This document shows positions 60,385-64,000 of a DNA stretch of 64,000 nucleotides, in pieces. The notes below the pieces were generated by a model that saw nothing but the letters and a program-made list of their open reading frames with translations, was not told where the DNA came from and ran no database searches. The DNA is from Eledone cirrhosa (lineage: Eukaryota). The stretch spans positions 8,680,001-8,744,000 of the forward strand of contig OZ024758.1 in assembly GCA_964016885.1 (NCBI GenBank), in the 5' to 3' direction. Made by a program: the position numbers and the translations under genes. Each line of letters starts with the position of its first letter. Position 1 is the stretch's first letter.

Positions 60385-60799
60385 TTCTCTCGTTTATCGT
60401 TTTATTTAGTATTTTTTTCTTTATTTTTTTGCTTTCTTTACATGGTTTTTTATCTTTATTTTTATCATTATGTTGGTGGTGATGGCAGTGGTTTTGTTGT
60501 TGTTGGTGGTGGTGGTGATTTTGTTGTTGTTGGTGGTGGTGGTGGGGGAGGTGGTGGTTTTGTTGTTGCTGTTGTTGGTGGTGGTGGTGTTGTTGGCGTT
60601 ATTGTTGTTGTTGTTGGTGGTGGTGTTGTTGCAGGTGGTGTTGTTGGTGGTGGTAGTGGTAGTGGTAGTGGTGGTGGTAGTGGTGGTGGTAGTGGTGTTG
60701 TGGTTGTTGATTTTGTAGTTTTGTGGTTCTCACATTGATTTTTATCACTTTATTATGTATTGATTTTTACGGCAACAATAATATCATCGTTACAAGTCC

Positions 60800-61232
60800 T
60801 AGTCCCTTTACGATCTGAGTTCAAATCCCGCCGAGGTTGACCTTGCCTTTCATCCTTACGGGATCGATAAAATAAAGTACCAGTAATACACTGGGATAAT
60901 TGCCGGCCTTGTGCCAAACGTAGAACCAATTATTATTATTATTATTGTTGTATTGGTAGTATCGATAGAGCGTCGAACAACATGCTTTGCGCCATAGAGT
61001 TATATCTCTTTACGTTCTGAATTCAAATCCTGCCAAGTTTAGCTTTGCCTGTCATCCTTACGGGGTCGATAAAATAAAGTACCAGTAATGTACTGAGGTC
61101 GATTTAATCAACATTCTCCTCCTCTAAAATTTCTGGACTTGTCCCTAAAGTAGAAACCAGGGATCGATAAAATAAAGTACCAGTAATACACTGGGTAATG
61201 GCTGGTCTTGTGCCTAACGTAGAAACAATTAT
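60800..61232 (+). mobile_element. Three tandem SINE copies
   Basis: The core gtcgataaaataaagtaccagtaat (or a one-base variant) occurs three times. Confidence 0.87.
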
Positions 61233-61442
61233 TATTATTGTTTATTATTGTATGAAAAACACACCACAATCCTACCAGTTCTATCATCATCATCATCAAC
61301 ATTATCATCAGTATGGTTATCGTTATAGACACAGACATAGCTGTGTGGCTTCGGGCTCGTCCCTTCGGGAAATACGCTTTAGTTTAGTTTCAGGGTACCC
61401 AATGACTTTTGTGTTCGTAGACCGGAACGTATATATACGGTA

Positions 61443-61520
<78 letters not shown>

Positions 61521-61715
61521 CATATATATATATAATATAGATATATATAATATACAAATATATATAATATATATATATATAATAATATGCACAATATATA
61601 TGTATGTGTATATTATATATATATATATATTATATATATAATATACATGTATATATATATATATATATTATATATATAATATACATGTATATATATATAT
61701 ATACATATATATATA

Positions 61716-61784
<69 letters not shown>

Positions 61785-61853
61785 TATAATATATATAATA
61801 TACATATATATATAATATATATAATATACATGTTTATATATAATATATATAAT

Positions 61854-61923
<70 letters not shown>

Positions 61924-61981
61924 TAATATACATATATATATAATATATATAATATACATGTTTATATATAATATATATAAT

Positions 61982-62012
<31 letters not shown>

Positions 62013-62174
62013 ATATACATATATATATATAATATATATATATATAATATATATATATATAATATATATAATATACATGTTTATATATATATATATAATA
62101 TATATAATATACATGAATATATATATAAATATATAATATATATAATATATATATATATATATAATATATATAAT

Positions 62175-62259
<85 letters not shown>

Positions 62260-62459
62260 TAATATACATATACATATATATATATACACATATATATATG
62301 TATATATATATTATTTATTTATGTTCATACGCGTGTTTGCGTGTCTGTGCGTGTGTGAGGGGAGGTCAAGGGAGTGTGCGCATGTATGCGTGCGTATGTA
62401 TATGTGTATGCGTGTGTGTGTGTGTGTGTGCATGTGTGTGTATGTGTGTGTATGTGTGT

Positions 62460-62992
62460 GTAAGCAAACGTGTGTGTGTATGTGCATATGTGTGCATGTA
62501 TGTGTATGTGTGTGTGTGCATGTGTGTGTAAGCATACCTGTGTGTGTGCATGTGTGTGTAAGTATACGTGTGTGTGTGTGTGTGTGTGTGCATGTGTGTG
62601 TAAGCATACGTGTGTGTGCGTGTGCATGTGTGTGTATGTATGTGTGTGTGTGCATGTGTGTGTAAGCATACGTGCGTGTGTGTGTGCATGTGTGTGTAAG
62701 CATATGTGTGTGTGTATGTGTATGTGTGTATGTGCATGTGTGTGTATGTGCATGTGTGTGTATGTATGTGCATGTGTGTGCATGGGTGTGTAAGCATGTG
62801 TGTGTGTGTGCATGTGTGTGTAAGCATACGTGTGTGTGTGCATGTGTGTGAAAGCATGTGTGTGTGTGTGTGTGTATGTGCATGTGTGTGTATGTATGTG
62901 TATGTGTGTGTGTGCATGTGTGTGTAAGCATACGTGTGTGTGTGTGTATGTGTATGTGTGTGTGTGTGCATGTGTGTGTAAGCATACGTGCA
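62460..62992. repeat. (TG)n-derived minisatellite (catgtgtgtgtaagcatacgtg)
   Basis: Directly visible. Confidence 0.9.
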
Positions 62993-63753
62993 TTTGTGGC
63001 CGACTATTTATTGCTGTCTACAGTTTTTTTTCCCCTCTAGTTACGGTGTATGATGCCAGCAGAACGGTGATAAAACTTTCGTTGCACATCAAATACGACA
63101 TTCATATTTCATTGGAATGCGTTAGAAAAGAAAATATCGAAACAAACCGAAAAAAACCCTAATAAATGTAACATCAACAACAACAGCAACCACAAAAGAG
63201 AATGAGATATGGAGTGGGGGGGCTTGGCAGCCATTGGTTAGATATGTGAGGCTTCCATGTTCTTTCTTAATTTCGTTGATCTTATTCGGGTTTGTCAGCC
63301 TGAGTATTTCTTTTCTAATTCCGGCATTAGAGAGTTTGAGTTTGGTGAAAGGGGAAAGAGGGGGGAGAGAGATAAGAAGAGGAAGAGCGAGAGAGAGAAG
63401 GAGAGGAAGAGACAGACAGAGAGAGACATTAGAGAGTTTGAGTTTGGTGAAAGGAGAAAGAGAGAGGGGGAGAGAGCGAGGGGAGAAAGAGAGAGAGAGA
63501 GAGAGAGAACGAATAAAACATCAAAAGAGTAAAAAGTAAATTTTAAAAAATAACAACATGGCAGTAAGATAAAATTAATGAGCAGCAGCAGCAGCAACAG
63601 CAACAGCAACGACAACAACAACGACAACAACAACAACATTGACTAACACTATAACAACAACCGCAACAATCTCAGTAAATAAAACGGCAAAAACTACAGA
63701 ACAACAACAACTACTACTACTACTACAACTACTACTACTACTAGTACTACTAG

Positions 63754-63794
<41 letters not shown>

Positions 63795-64000
63795 TTACTA
63801 CTACTACTACTATTACTACTAGTACTACTACTACTATTATTACTACTACTACTAATACTACTACAAAAAGAACAGCAACAGCCACAACAACCACAGCGGC
63901 AAAAACTATCAAACAACAACTATAGTATCAATAACAACCACAACACAGGATGCAAAAAGAAAAAAACATGGATGTTTGACCTCCTAGAAATAGCAACCAA

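Overview
Eukaryotic, extremely repeat-rich genomic DNA, most likely from an octopod cephalopod (inferred from the tRNA-derived SINE families and the massive (TA)n/(CA)n/(CATA)n content). Almost all ORFs in the supplied track are microsatellite artefacts. Real content: (1) about 5 candidate + strand exons of an unidentified spliced gene (34064-44810); (2) about 20 copies of a tRNA-derived SINE; (3) RTE-clade and CR1-clade LINE 3' fragments and a bipartite non-autonomous RTE element with a possible HDV-like ribozyme at its 5' end; (4) a decayed Penelope-like element (PLE) ORF with a GIY-YIG endonuclease remnant (about 56445-57417); (5) several minisatellites, including a 75-bp G-rich array and a 37-bp array with a 333-bp higher-order period. 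The most striking signal is a dense population of short, non-coding elements from at least 7 sequence-unrelated families embedded in (TA)n. They carry type I hammerhead ribozyme (HHR) motifs, are arranged as a tail-less inverted copy plus a tailed direct copy, and share a covarying 3'-tail hairpin (RCTC-stem-loop-2 nt bulge-GAGY) that I do not recognise as a described motif. All calls were made by eye, so coordinates may be off by a few bases.
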